64,000 bases of DNA from an uncultured virus (IMG/VR IMGVR_UViG_3300032893_000022) (IMGVR_UViG_3300032893_000022); one strand, 5' to 3'. Counted from the first letter of the stretch, positions 50,343 to 60,762 are shown. The notes: a model not told the origin generated them from the sequence alone. Made by a program: numbers and translations.

Positions 50343-50759
50343 ATGCGTTTACCTAACATAAAACGAATAGATAAACAAAATTTTCCTAAGCAAGATCCTG
50401 ATTTTATTGATAAATTAGGATTTACCTTAAATAATGATATGGAAACGTTGTTTAACGTATTAAATAGAAATGTATCTTTAAAAGAAAATAGTTTTGCGAC
50501 GGTTAAAGAAGTTCAGGTTATTGTGGATACTAATGGAATTCCTAAAAATAGTGCCAGTTTTCAACTAGATATCTCCAATATGCGAGTTTTAGGATGTGAA
50601 GTTTTGAAGGCAGTTAATGCAAAGAATTCAACTACTTATCCAACAGGCGCTCCTTTTATTAGTTTCTCGCAAGCATCTAATATCATTACGATAAATCATG
50701 TTACTGGATTACAACCTGATCAACCTTATAATTTGACAATTGTGGCTTACGGAAGTTAA
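50343..50759 (+). CDS. Small tail protein
   Basis: Directly after the nozzle; helix then beta domain. Confidence 0.5.
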   Translation: MRLPNIKRIDKQNFPKQDPDFIDKLGFTLNNDMETLFNVLNRNVSLKENSFATVKEVQVIVDTNGIPKNSASFQLDISNMRVLGCEVLKAVNAKNSTTYPTGAPFISFSQASNIITINHVTGLQPDQPYNLTIVAYGS

Positions 50760-50797
50760 TGAAATTTAACAACTAATGATGAGAAAGTATATATAAA

Positions 50798-52087
50798 ATG
50801 GCTTTAAATCCTAATCAAATTGGACAACCTCAAGAAAAACGACAAGGTAGTGGTTTCACTAATCTTCAAAGGATTATGCAAGCCAACCAAGGAAACCGCT
50901 TAGGATCAACTGTAGGGCAAGGTATCCAACAAGCCGGTGAACAGACTAGACAAGGATTAGGACAGGCTCAGGAGCAGTTTAAACAACAATCAGAGGCCGG
51001 TAGATTAGACACTCAACAAAACAAAGAAAGAGTTGAAAACGTTCTTAAAGATCCTACACAAGCTACTGGAGAAGATATAAATCAATTTGCTAGATTTAGA
51101 GCTGGGCAATATGGGGGTCCTCAAACACTTACCAATATACAAAATCTTCAAGGACAAGCCCAAGAAGCTCAAAATTTAGGTCAAGCTGCTAGTTCACAAG
51201 CCGGAAGACAAGGTTTATTACAAAGATTTGCTGCTGCACCTGGACAATATGGTTCTGGTCAACAAAGACTAGATACTCTATTATTAGGTACAACTGGCGC
51301 TCAACCCTTAAGAGAAGCTAGACGTTCTGTTTCAGGACTTGGTCAACAAGTAGCTGGAGCTGGAGAAGCTGCTCAAAATGTTGCTCAACAATATCAGAAT
51401 TTAGCTAGAGGTTTTGGTCAAGATGTTACACAAAGAACCGGGGCAATGGAAACAGAAGCTCAAACCGCGGCTGAACAACGTGCTGCAGAAGCTAATAAAG
51501 CTGATGAAGCTTTAAGACAACAAGTTGAACAAGAAAGACAAGCCGCTCAAACAAATCAATTATCTCAACAAGCTTTGGAACAATTGGGATTATCAGCTGG
51601 ACAGCGTACTTATGGAGCTAATTTAGGTCAATATCTTGGATATCAAGGTCGTGATACTTTAGCCGCCGCTAGACCTGAAGAAGTTTTAAATCAACAAGAA
51701 TTTCAAAAGTTTAGTAATCTTAAAAAACTTATGGGTCAAGATGTTTCTCAATATGATCCAACAAAAGTTGGTACATACCAAGCGGGTCAAGAAACATTTG
51801 ATAAAACAGCAGCTCAAGGTGCAATTGGGCAAGCTCAACAAGCTTATCAACAAGAAAGTAATGACGTATTAGCTTCCGCAAAACAATTTAATCCTAATTT
51901 AGGAAGTGCTCAAGATATAAGAAATCAACTTGCAATGGCTCAAAGAAACGCTAACGCCCCAGGATTTTTTAAATATCTCTATCAAAGTCAAATAGCGGCT
52001 CTTCAACCTCTAGTAAGCAGGCTTGATGATATTGAAAATAGATATAGTGGAAGCGTTGGTTTAACACCGCCTCCAACTCAAGGTTAA
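50798..52087 (+). CDS. Internal virion/ejection protein
   Basis: Gln/Ala/Gly-rich; follows TTAACAACT at 50766-50774. Confidence 0.7.
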   Translation: MALNPNQIGQPQEKRQGSGFTNLQRIMQANQGNRLGSTVGQGIQQAGEQTRQGLGQAQEQFKQQSEAGRLDTQQNKERVENVLKDPTQATGEDINQFARFRAGQYGGPQTLTNIQNLQGQAQEAQNLGQAASSQAGRQGLLQRFAAAPGQYGSGQQRLDTLLLGTTGAQPLREARRSVSGLGQQVAGAGEAAQNVAQQYQNLARGFGQDVTQRTGAMETEAQTAAEQRAAEANKADEALRQQVEQERQAAQTNQLSQQALEQLGLSAGQRTYGANLGQYLGYQGRDTLAAARPEEVLNQQEFQKFSNLKKLMGQDVSQYDPTKVGTYQAGQETFDKTAAQGAIGQAQQAYQQESNDVLASAKQFNPNLGSAQDIRNQLAMAQRNANAPGFFKYLYQSQIAALQPLVSRLDDIENRYSGSVGLTPPPTQG

Positions 52088-52090
52088 GAA

Positions 52091-52486
52091 ATGAATTTAA
52101 GAAGATTTGATATAAATAAAGATTATACTGACTATTCCAAATTATATAAAGAATGGGATTTACCTATTACTCCAAAGAGTTGGATTTCAGAAGATACCTT
52201 TATAATTGAAGCTGGTGGACAAATTGTTTGTGCGGGTTCTTTATATCAATTAAGTAATACATCTATGTTTTGGATTGAAGGTTTAGTGACAAATAAATAT
52301 TTAGATAAAAGTCTTAAACAAGAAGGATTACAGATTCTTATTAAAGAATTATCTAAGATAGCTAAAGAAAAAGGTGCTGAAGTAATAATGACTTCTACAC
52401 CCAGAGAAGGTCTAAAAGAAACATTCAAAGATTGTGGATTTAGACAAACTCCAGAAAAATATTATCATTTAGGGAGATTAGAATAA
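52091..52486 (+). CDS. GNAT-fold acetyltransferase
   Basis: WIEGLVTN...LI..L...AKEKG.......F...GF; common position in podovirus ejection clusters. Confidence 0.7.
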   Translation: MNLRRFDINKDYTDYSKLYKEWDLPITPKSWISEDTFIIEAGGQIVCAGSLYQLSNTSMFWIEGLVTNKYLDKSLKQEGLQILIKELSKIAKEKGAEVIMTSTPREGLKETFKDCGFRQTPEKYYHLGRLE

Positions 52487-52487
52487 T

Positions 52488-54161
52488 ATGCCTTTCGGTG
52501 GTGGACTATTAGCAGGTGCAGGTGTAGTCAGCAATATTATCGGCGGAATTGCTGGTAAAGAAGCTGGGCAAGGTGATATTGAAGCTGGTAAATCGGCGAT
52601 TACTGACGCGTTTAATCAATTAAAAAATATTGGATTGCCTCCTGACGAAGCCAAAGCCATTGTTTATCAAAAATTTCAACAAGCCGGTTTAATGACCCCA
52701 GCTCTTGAGCAACATATTGATCAACAAGCTTCTCAAATGGGTCAAATTCAAGAAGATCCAAAGTTAAAAGAAGCGCAAATGAATGCTCTTCAAATTTTGA
52801 GTCAACGTGGTAAAGGTGGACTTACTCCTGAAGATCGCGCGGCTTTGAATCAAATTCGTAATCAAATTGCCACGGATACAGAAGCCAAACGTCAACAAAT
52901 ATTACAGAATTTTCAAGCGCGTGGACAAGCAGGTGGAGGCGCTGAACTTATTGCTGCCCTTCAAGGTGCTCAATCGGGTGCTAATGCAGAATCTCAAGAA
53001 GGCGATAGATTGGCAGCTATGGCTTCACAAAATGCTTTACAAGCTATTGGCCAAGCTGGAACATTAGGTGGGCAAATTAGAGGTCAAGAGTTTGGTCAAG
53101 AAGCTCAAAAAGCTCAAGCCCAAGACGTTATTAATCAATTTAATGTCGCTAATCAAGTTGGACAACAAGCTAGAAACGTTCAAGCTCAAAATGTGGCTCA
53201 AGCTCAAAATATAGCTGGTGCTCAAAATGTTTCAAATCTTAATGTTCAACAAGCCAACCAAGAATTATTGCGTCAAAGAGAAGCTCAAAGACAACAATAT
53301 TTAGATACTTTAAATAGAGCACAAGCTATTAATCAAGCTGCGCAAGGTTATGGAAGTAAAATGTCTGATTATGGACAACAAGCCTCTAAACAAGCCGCTG
53401 CACCATGGCAAGCTATTGGCGCGGGAGCTTCCACTATTGGAACATCTATGATGAACATGGGAGCGCAAGATGAATGGGGCGGAGATTCTGGAAAAGGAAC
53501 TACAGCTCCTCGAACTACAAATGCTTATGATAATATTTTTCAAGCCGCCGAAGGTGGAGAGGTTCCAGAAAAATCGTTTGCTGAAAAATTAGGAGCTTAT
53601 TTTTCTGATAAACCTGTTGAACAACAAAAAGTTGATCCTAATAAAGCTAAAAGCTTTTCAGATAGTTTTAAAGCTGCAACATATGCCGATGGTGGAGAAG
53701 TTGAATCAGATCCAGAAATTGATAGATTAAGAAAAATATTCCCTACAATGTCGGAAGAAAATTTAAGAGATCTTCATGCAAGAGCTTCTAGTCCTGAGAA
53801 ATATGTTCAACCAGTTAATGTTCAATCTCCAATGTCTGGAGGATCTGGATCTCCTGTAGATAAAAATCCTTATGTAAATACAGCTAAAATCTTAACTGCG
53901 CAAGGTTATGGATTTGGTGGGCCAATAAGTCCAAGTCTTCATCAAAGACGTATGCCTGTAACAGATTATCGTAGTGGTGGACATGTTCCTGGACCAGAAG
54001 TAGTTCCTGGGGATAGTCCAAGTAATGATATTGTAGATGCTAAATTAAGTCCTGGAGAATATGTCATTAAGAAATCTAAGGCGCAATCTCCTTTTGGAAA
54101 AAAACTTATAAAACTTCTCGAAGCTCATCATGAAGTAATGAAACACGACAAGGGCGAATGA
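52488..54161 (+). CDS. Ejection protein with C-terminal GG...LSPGEYVI module
   Basis: Gly-rich hydrophobic N-terminus, Gln/Ala-rich body, four xxxGG motifs. Confidence 0.75.
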   Translation: MPFGGGLLAGAGVVSNIIGGIAGKEAGQGDIEAGKSAITDAFNQLKNIGLPPDEAKAIVYQKFQQAGLMTPALEQHIDQQASQMGQIQEDPKLKEAQMNALQILSQRGKGGLTPEDRAALNQIRNQIATDTEAKRQQILQNFQARGQAGGGAELIAALQGAQSGANAESQEGDRLAAMASQNALQAIGQAGTLGGQIRGQEFGQEAQKAQAQDVINQFNVANQVGQQARNVQAQNVAQAQNIAGAQNVSNLNVQQANQELLRQREAQRQQYLDTLNRAQAINQAAQGYGSKMSDYGQQASKQAAAPWQAIGAGASTIGTSMMNMGAQDEWGGDSGKGTTAPRTTNAYDNIFQAAEGGEVPEKSFAEKLGAYFSDKPVEQQKVDPNKAKSFSDSFKAATYADGGEVESDPEIDRLRKIFPTMSEENLRDLHARASSPEKYVQPVNVQSPMSGGSGSPVDKNPYVNTAKILTAQGYGFGGPISPSLHQRRMPVTDYRSGGHVPGPEVVPGDSPSNDIVDAKLSPGEYVIKKSKAQSPFGKKLIKLLEAHHEVMKHDKGE

Positions 54162-56932
54162 TGAAAAAAGCTATTAAAAAAATGTCTTTTAAAGAGCTTA
54201 TTAATGAGCATAAAAAACTCGTTAAAGATCTTGAAGGTTCTAAAAATCAATATAATGAACAGAAAAAAGAATTAGATCAATATCTTAGAGAATATGCTAA
54301 AGTTAAAGGATATGCTAAAGGTGGAGATGTTAGCGAACAATCTCCTGAAGAAGCGGGTATTGAAGCTAAAGCTCGTAGAGAAGACGTTTTAAGAAATGCT
54401 GGAATTAGCCCAAATCAAAGTCCTGAAGAAATTGAAATCGAAGCAGCTGAGAAACGTAAACGAGAATTAGAGAAAAAAGACGAGAGTAAAGCTAACGGAC
54501 CTAGAAAATATACAGATGGCGGTCAGGTTCAAGAATCTCAACAAAAGCAATATCAAGCTAAAGACTACTTTGGAAAAGGATCTAATGCGGGAAATTCTCC
54601 AGCTACAAGTAATGCTCAAGGTGTAGCTATGACAATGTCTGAGGGTGGATGGGCGGATTTAGCTGCTAAGATTAGAGAAGCTTTTAAAACCCCTCCTGCT
54701 CCTAAACCACAAAAAGAAACTCAAGATGAGAAATACGAAAGAATAAGAAAAGAAAATCAAGAAAGAGCTATGGGCAAAAGACCTTCTTTAGAATCAATGG
54801 ATTCTGATTATAATAGTGAAACACAATATAAAGCAGATGGTGGAAAAATTGAACCTTCAGCTATTGATAAAGAAATAGAAGAACACAGAAAAATGATTCA
54901 AACATTAGGAAGTGAACCTTTTGTTTCCAACCCTAATGCTGCTATCGTTAGAGAAAAATATGAACAAGCTTTGAAAAATGCATATATGGAAAAACATAAA
55001 CAAGAAGGCTATTCAGATGGTGGATCAGTTTCAGCTAATACTGTTTCTAGTCTTAGTCCTCTTTTAAAACAAACCTATGCTGGATCTTTAAAGAAAAAGA
55101 AGAAAAACTATGATGAAGGTGGCGAAGTTGAAGATTCAGATATCATATATCCTGAACCTGATGATGACGAAGACGATATAATGACCGCTAAACTCTCTGC
55201 TGGGGGTTGGACACCTGAACAAGTTATGAAAGCTCCAAAGCCTTTAAAATTGCCTGGAGTTCATGCTCCAACAGAAAAGAAATATCCCCTTAATATAGAA
55301 AGAGCACCAAGACTCAGAATTCCTAAAAGATTAAAATCTCTTAGTTTTATTAAAGGATATGATGATGGTGGAGGTGTTCAAAAAATGGATTTAGGAGATC
55401 TTCCAATGCAAGTTGAAGGACTTCCTTATGATTATAATGCCGAGGATAAAGCAGCTCAACCACCTCTTAGTAATCAAGAATTATTAAGTCAAATTGACGA
55501 TGCTCTTGGATCTGAAAATAAATCTCCAGAGCAAGAACAACCTTCTCAAAGTCCAAGAAAATTAGAAGGAATGACTCTTTCTAAAGATGAAGCTTTAAAA
55601 GAAAATCCTGAAGATGAAGATGCTAAATTAGTGAATACTCTTGGAAAAGAAGATACTGAAGCTACGAAAGTTTCTGATGCAACTACTGCAGGTCAATTGG
55701 CTAAAGAAGATATGGGAGAAGAACAGCCTTCTGAAGAACAAAGAACTCCTCAAGCTAATGTTGAACCTCCATCTTATGATCCAATAAAAGCCTTAGAAGA
55801 TGCACAAAAGGCTCGAAATCGAGGTCAATTATTTAATCAATTGGGTGCTATTTCTGAAAGAACAGCAGCTCAAATGGGGGGTTTTAAACCTATTCATCAA
55901 GAAACATATAAAGAGAATATGGCTATAGCTCAACAAGCTGTAGATGATGTTAAAGATCGTATTAAACAACAAGGTGATGATCCTAATAGTCAAATTTCTA
56001 AAACTTTTAAACAATATTTAGAGAAATTTAGTGGACATCCTGTTGATCCTAATACTACGGCTAATGCCGGTAAAGAAATATTACCTCTAGTATTTAAAGA
56101 CTTTGAAGCTAAACTTGCTAATCAAACTCGTAAAGATCTTTTAGCTGAAAAATTAGCTGAAAGAACACAAGAAGGTCAATTAAGACGAGAAGCTGAAGAA
56201 AAGAAATATAAATATCTATCTGAAGAACGTAAAGGTTTGGCTGAAGAAAGAGCTAAAGATCGTGAAGCAGCTTCGCAATTAAAAACAGAAGAAAAACAAG
56301 ACCAATTTGATAGAAAACGTTTGGATAATCTTGGTAAATTATTAACTTCCGAAACTGCGTCAAGTCGTAGTGCTTTTGGTAGAGGAGCTAATAATGTAAG
56401 ATCTGCTGAAGCTATTGAAGCTCTTGCTGATCAATTTAAAGGTCGTTTAGATCAAATGGATGAACGTCAAGTTACAGAATTAGCTCGTTCTATGGATGCT
56501 TTACTTTCTAATGGTCAACCCACTATTTCTGGAACACAAAGTCTAGTTCCAAAAACAGCTGTGGGAAATATAGCTAAAATGGTAGAATATTTAAGAAATA
56601 TTCCTGTTGGTCAACAACAAAGTGCTTTCGTTAAAAGAATGTTAGAAACTGTAGGTCGGGAAAAAGAATTAGCTAAAGAACAAATTAAACGTGCTCAAGG
56701 CAAAATTTTAGGCCCATATAAAGAAACTTTAAGACGTAGACCAGATGATGCTAGAGATATTTTAGAACCTCATGGATTAGAATTTTTGTTAAATCCTGAA
56801 GAAAAACAAGAAGCTAAACCAAGTGAACAACCTAATAAAAAAGTAGTAAGAAAAGGTTATAATGCCAAAACCAACCAAACTCAATTCATCTATGACGATG
56901 GAACTTCAGAAATTAAGGAAGGTAGATTATAA
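54158..56932 (+). CDS. Large internal virion/ejection protein with eight [YFLMK]xxGG motifs
   Basis: Low-complexity charged N-half, helical C-half. Confidence 0.7.
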   Translation: MMKKAIKKMSFKELINEHKKLVKDLEGSKNQYNEQKKELDQYLREYAKVKGYAKGGDVSEQSPEEAGIEAKARREDVLRNAGISPNQSPEEIEIEAAEKRKRELEKKDESKANGPRKYTDGGQVQESQQKQYQAKDYFGKGSNAGNSPATSNAQGVAMTMSEGGWADLAAKIREAFKTPPAPKPQKETQDEKYERIRKENQERAMGKRPSLESMDSDYNSETQYKADGGKIEPSAIDKEIEEHRKMIQTLGSEPFVSNPNAAIVREKYEQALKNAYMEKHKQEGYSDGGSVSANTVSSLSPLLKQTYAGSLKKKKKNYDEGGEVEDSDIIYPEPDDDEDDIMTAKLSAGGWTPEQVMKAPKPLKLPGVHAPTEKKYPLNIERAPRLRIPKRLKSLSFIKGYDDGGGVQKMDLGDLPMQVEGLPYDYNAEDKAAQPPLSNQELLSQIDDALGSENKSPEQEQPSQSPRKLEGMTLSKDEALKENPEDEDAKLVNTLGKEDTEATKVSDATTAGQLAKEDMGEEQPSEEQRTPQANVEPPSYDPIKALEDAQKARNRGQLFNQLGAISERTAAQMGGFKPIHQETYKENMAIAQQAVDDVKDRIKQQGDDPNSQISKTFKQYLEKFSGHPVDPNTTANAGKEILPLVFKDFEAKLANQTRKDLLAEKLAERTQEGQLRREAEEKKYKYLSEERKGLAEERAKDREAASQLKTEEKQDQFDRKRLDNLGKLLTSETASSRSAFGRGANNVRSAEAIEALADQFKGRLDQMDERQVTELARSMDALLSNGQPTISGTQSLVPKTAVGNIAKMVEYLRNIPVGQQQSAFVKRMLETVGREKELAKEQIKRAQGKILGPYKETLRRRPDDARDILEPHGLEFLLNPEEKQEAKPSEQPNKKVVRKGYNAKTNQTQFIYDDGTSEIKEGRL

Positions 56933-56934
56933 TT

Positions 56935-58923
56935 ATGGCTAAAACTGCCGAATTAGCTCCTGGATTTGAAGAAGTCCCTTTGGCTGAGGGTTTTGAGGAA
57001 GTTCCTTTAACTCCAACTGTAACACAAACTTTAGGACAAAAAGCTAAAGATTTAGGAGAATCAGCTCTCGAAGCTGGTAAAGGTGCTTTAATGAGTGGAA
57101 TTCAAACAACTGCTGATTTGGGTAGAGGTGCTGTTCAAGGCCTCTCTATGGGCCTTTTTGATGAAGCTATTGCGGCTTTAAAAGCTAGTCTCCCAGCTTC
57201 AGAAGAAGATAAAGGTAAAGATTGGAAAGAATTATATAGAAAATATCAAGCTGAAGAAGAAGCCAAAGTTAAAGCTGCCGAGGAAAGAAGTCCTATAGCT
57301 TCTAAAGTTGGTGAAATAGGTGGAATGATCTTACCTGCTTTATTAACTGCGGGTGCTACAGCTCCAGCTGCCGCAGGTAGGCTTACCGCTGGTGTCTTAG
57401 CTAAAAAAGCAGGTACAGCGGCCCTTACAGGAGCTGCAACAGGTGCTGTATATGGTGCTGGAAAGTCTGAAAAAGGCAAGCTTATTGGAGCTACTCCTGA
57501 AGAAGAAGAAAAACTCAAAGCTGATGTTCTTGGTGGAACTCTTACGGGTGGAGTTGTTGGTGGAGCACTAGGTACAGCTGTTCCATTAGCTGGAGCAGGA
57601 TTTAAGGCACTAAAAGAGAAATTTGGTGATAAACTCACTAATTATATCTCTGATAGTCCATTTTGGAGTCAGGCTCAAAAATCTAAAGAACTTGGCGAAC
57701 AAGGTATTAATATCTATAGTGAAAAGGCAGCTCAAGGACCTATTGGTGAAACTTCAGGTTTAATTCATCAAGACACCAATGCTACTCGTGATTTAGTAAA
57801 TAGAATATACAACGTTGATTCAAAACTAGGTCAAAAAGTAGGAGAATCTATAGATAAAGCAACCGATCAAGGTGTTACAGTTGATTTATCAGAACCAATG
57901 CTTAATTCTGTCAATACATTTAAAAATCTCTTGGATAAAGATCAAACATTGCTAGCCAATCCAAAAGCCCAAAAACTCTATGATACTATCTTTCAAATGA
58001 GTAAAGGTGGAGATTTTGATGCTTCAAACCTTACTCCCAAAGAAGTACAATCATTAAGAAATTCTGTTGTCGATTTTGCTGATTCTATTAAACAAAAAGA
58101 CCCAGGAATCGCTAGTCTTGGTTATCAATTTCAAAAACAAATTGGTGATGCATTAAAAGAAGCCGTTCCTGAATATAAAGTTTCTTCTGAAAGATTTGAA
58201 CAATTTAGACGTTTAGTGCCCGAAACAATGATTTCAGGTTCTACCCCTGTGGATATTAGCCAAGTTAAGCTTGGAAATCTTAAAAATGATGAAGCTAAGC
58301 TCTTTCAAAGTGCCAAGAAAATGATTCAAGGCGCTAGAATGCCAGGAACGGGTGCTCAAGAATCTAAAGAAACCTTTAAAAATCTTATAAACGGGGTGAA
58401 TGAATTTGAACAAAGCGAAGCTCAACGATTAGCTAGTGGGCAAATTAGTGTAAATGAACCTTTACCTAAACTTGTAGATTCTACAGATAAATCACAAGCT
58501 TCTGGTTTACAAGATCTTATTAAGGATAAAGCTGATCAATCAGCTCTTCTACAACAAGCTTGGAGAGTTAATCCTCAAGAAAGTGCAGCTACCGCAACAA
58601 AAGGTTCCATGTTTGGTAGAGGTTCTATCATGAACTTTGCTAATAAATATGGATTATATAAAGATACTCTTACAAAACCAGTTGCGGCACCTGTAAAACT
58701 TACGCAAAAGATGTATAATGCATCTGAAGAAGAATTAAGAAATATGGCTCAAAAAATGAGTGAAATACCAGGTTTAAGCTCTGTTGGCAAAACTTTACTC
58801 CAAGGATTAGATAATAAAGATATTTCTGGAGTCAATGCGGCTATATTCTCTATAATGCAAAATCCCCAAGCAAGAATTTTAATCAATGCTGAAGATATAG
58901 AATCCGAGAAAAAAGGTCAATAA
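56935..58923 (+). CDS. Large ejection protein
   Basis: GFEEVPL tandem repeat, QGLSMGLFDE, Gly/Ala-rich membrane-like segments. Confidence 0.75.
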   Translation: MAKTAELAPGFEEVPLAEGFEEVPLTPTVTQTLGQKAKDLGESALEAGKGALMSGIQTTADLGRGAVQGLSMGLFDEAIAALKASLPASEEDKGKDWKELYRKYQAEEEAKVKAAEERSPIASKVGEIGGMILPALLTAGATAPAAAGRLTAGVLAKKAGTAALTGAATGAVYGAGKSEKGKLIGATPEEEEKLKADVLGGTLTGGVVGGALGTAVPLAGAGFKALKEKFGDKLTNYISDSPFWSQAQKSKELGEQGINIYSEKAAQGPIGETSGLIHQDTNATRDLVNRIYNVDSKLGQKVGESIDKATDQGVTVDLSEPMLNSVNTFKNLLDKDQTLLANPKAQKLYDTIFQMSKGGDFDASNLTPKEVQSLRNSVVDFADSIKQKDPGIASLGYQFQKQIGDALKEAVPEYKVSSERFEQFRRLVPETMISGSTPVDISQVKLGNLKNDEAKLFQSAKKMIQGARMPGTGAQESKETFKNLINGVNEFEQSEAQRLASGQISVNEPLPKLVDSTDKSQASGLQDLIKDKADQSALLQQAWRVNPQESAATATKGSMFGRGSIMNFANKYGLYKDTLTKPVAAPVKLTQKMYNASEEELRNMAQKMSEIPGLSSVGKTLLQGLDNKDISGVNAAIFSIMQNPQARILINAEDIESEKKGQ

Positions 58924-58924
58924 G

Positions 58925-59257
58925 ATGGATGATTTGATTTTTAAAGAATTACTTAATGGAATAAAAGAAGCTCTCGGAGATTTAAAAGATTCACAAAAAG
59001 AAATTCAAAAAGATATTGGTGAAATAAAAATCACCCAAGCAGAACAACATGTTACTCTTGTTGATCACACAAAACGTAGTACAGCTAATGAAGAAGCCAT
59101 TAGATTAGCCAAAGAAGAATTTAAAAAAGAACTCGAAAAAATTGACTCAGAAATTGAACCCATTAAAAAGCATGTCAATTATGTAAAGGGCGCAGGAGCA
59201 CTTATTGGTTTAATTTTAACTATTATTACGATTTTATCTTTATTACATAAAATATAA
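58925..59257 (+). CDS. Coiled-coil protein with C-terminal TM helix (holin/XhlA-like candidate)
   Basis: Heptad region then GAGALIGLILTIITILSLL. Confidence 0.55.
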   Translation: MDDLIFKELLNGIKEALGDLKDSQKEIQKDIGEIKITQAEQHVTLVDHTKRSTANEEAIRLAKEEFKKELEKIDSEIEPIKKHVNYVKGAGALIGLILTIITILSLLHKI

Positions 59258-59671
59258 TTATTTTCCAGATTTCTTTCTTTTCATCGCATTTAATTTTTCT
59301 TGAATTGTTTCTTTCATAATAATTTCTTCTTCAGGACTCATAACAGTTACATCTTTTTCTTTAATTGTCTCAGAATCCTTTAATTTTCCTGAAGCTTTTA
59401 CAGTCGTTAAAAGATCTCGATTTCTCGCATTATTTCTATCATCACAATCTTTTTTTAAAGCTTTTGTATTATGAAGATTCTTTTTTAAGTTTTTTCTATC
59501 AAGTTTATCTACTACATATTCTTCAGTAAATTGATTAAGCCAAGCTTTATCTTTCTCTGATAATTGATCTATATAATCATAATCTATTAATTCTGTTCTT
59601 GTTTTTAAATTTAAAGCCGGATTTAATGCTGGATACTTAGTATTATTTCTTCTGTTTTTCTTCTTTTTCAT
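59258..59671 (-). CDS. Hypothetical basic protein
   Basis: Last gene of the convergent arm; IDYDYIDQLS...WLNQFTEEY. Confidence 0.65.
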   Translation of the reverse strand: MKKKKNRRNNTKYPALNPALNLKTRTELIDYDYIDQLSEKDKAWLNQFTEEYVVDKLDRKNLKKNLHNTKALKKDCDDRNNARNRDLLTTVKASGKLKDSETIKEKDVTVMSPEEEIIMKETIQEKLNAMKRKKSGK

Positions 59672-60338
59672 TTGTTAAACGATTCCTTGTTTGTTTTCCA
59701 GAATCCATTTCTGGAGTTATATATTTTAATATTGAATTATCTATTTTAAACCAAAGAACTTGTGGATCTTCTTTACAAGAAAAATAAATTCTACATAATT
59801 TTCTAAATTCTTTTATTGTTAAGGGTTGTTCTTTTTTTATAGAATATGACCATTTATCATATAAATTATATAAAATCACTGAAGATACCCATAAAAAATT
59901 ATTACTTTTACCCGGTTGTATATCATGTCTTTTAAGAAAATTTTGAAAATGAATTTGTTTTTTTAAAATTTTATGTCCAGGCCGAGTCTTTTTTTCAATA
60001 AATTCTAAGGCTTTTTCTGAAAGATTTAAAGCTTTTTGATTAATTAAATATATTTTATTAGAATTTCTTATTTTAATAAAAGGAATATACAAAGGAAGTG
60101 TTTGATTAAACGCCGTTGGGGAAACTGGTTTTTTGGTAAATTGTTTATATAATTCATAAAAATGAATTTGATGGATCTTTTGAATTCCAGGTTCAATATT
60201 ATAAAATTTTAAAAAAGCAAATATTGTATCTTCAGTTTCAATTTTCTTTTGAATTGTAGGAGATTCTTTAACTTCAACGTTTAGATCTTCAAGTAATTCA
60301 TCAATAGATTTCTTACTTGGTAATTTGTTTGACGCCAT
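59643..60338 (-). CDS. Hypothetical protein with two similar halves, possibly DNA-binding
   Basis: FL....I.PG...Y.LY occurs twice. Confidence 0.55.
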   Translation of the reverse strand: MASNKLPSKKSIDELLEDLNVEVKESPTIQKKIETEDTIFAFLKFYNIEPGIQKIHQIHFYELYKQFTKKPVSPTAFNQTLPLYIPFIKIRNSNKIYLINQKALNLSEKALEFIEKKTRPGHKILKKQIHFQNFLKRHDIQPGKSNNFLWVSSVILYNLYDKWSYSIKKEQPLTIKEFRKLCRIYFSCKEDPQVLWFKIDNSILKYITPEMDSGKQTRNRLTNEKEEKQKK

Positions 60339-60762
60339 TTAAATAATTAATAGATTGTTGAAAAAGATTTACATCTTCTTTTAATAAACCAATTGCTGTA
60401 TTACAACGAGTGCATAACAATCCTCTAACCTTTCCTGTTTTATGATCATGATCAACGGAGAGATTTCTTGTCTTTTTCCATCTAGGATCAAACGCGGTTT
60501 CCTCATTTTGACAAATTCCGCATTTATTATTTTGTTTTATTTTTAATTTAATAAAATCATTTTCAGATAAATTATATCTTCTTTTTAAACTATGTCTTGA
60601 ATTTTGTTTATTCCAAACTTCAGGATTATTTTTTCTCCATTCTTTTCTTTGAATAATTAAACATTTTTTGCATACATTTCTAATATAAGTTTTACCTTTA
60701 CTTTGATATATTCTAAATTCATCGTCTTTTTTATTTTCATTACATTTATTACAAATTTTCAT
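60313..60762 (-). CDS. Endonuclease VII-family nuclease
   Basis: CGIC...SVDHDH...RGLLCTRCN. Confidence 0.9.
   Translation of the reverse strand: MKICNKCNENKKDDEFRIYQSKGKTYIRNVCKKCLIIQRKEWRKNNPEVWNKQNSRHSLKRRYNLSENDFIKLKIKQNNKCGICQNEETAFDPRWKKTRNLSVDHDHKTGKVRGLLCTRCNTAIGLLKEDVNLFQQSINYLNGVKQITK

Noticed and set aside
24544..58425. Short antisense and nested ORFs within structural genes (e.g. 28549, 29437, 37519, 40275, 57246)
   Set aside because: Shadow frames of long coding genes with no recognisable motifs
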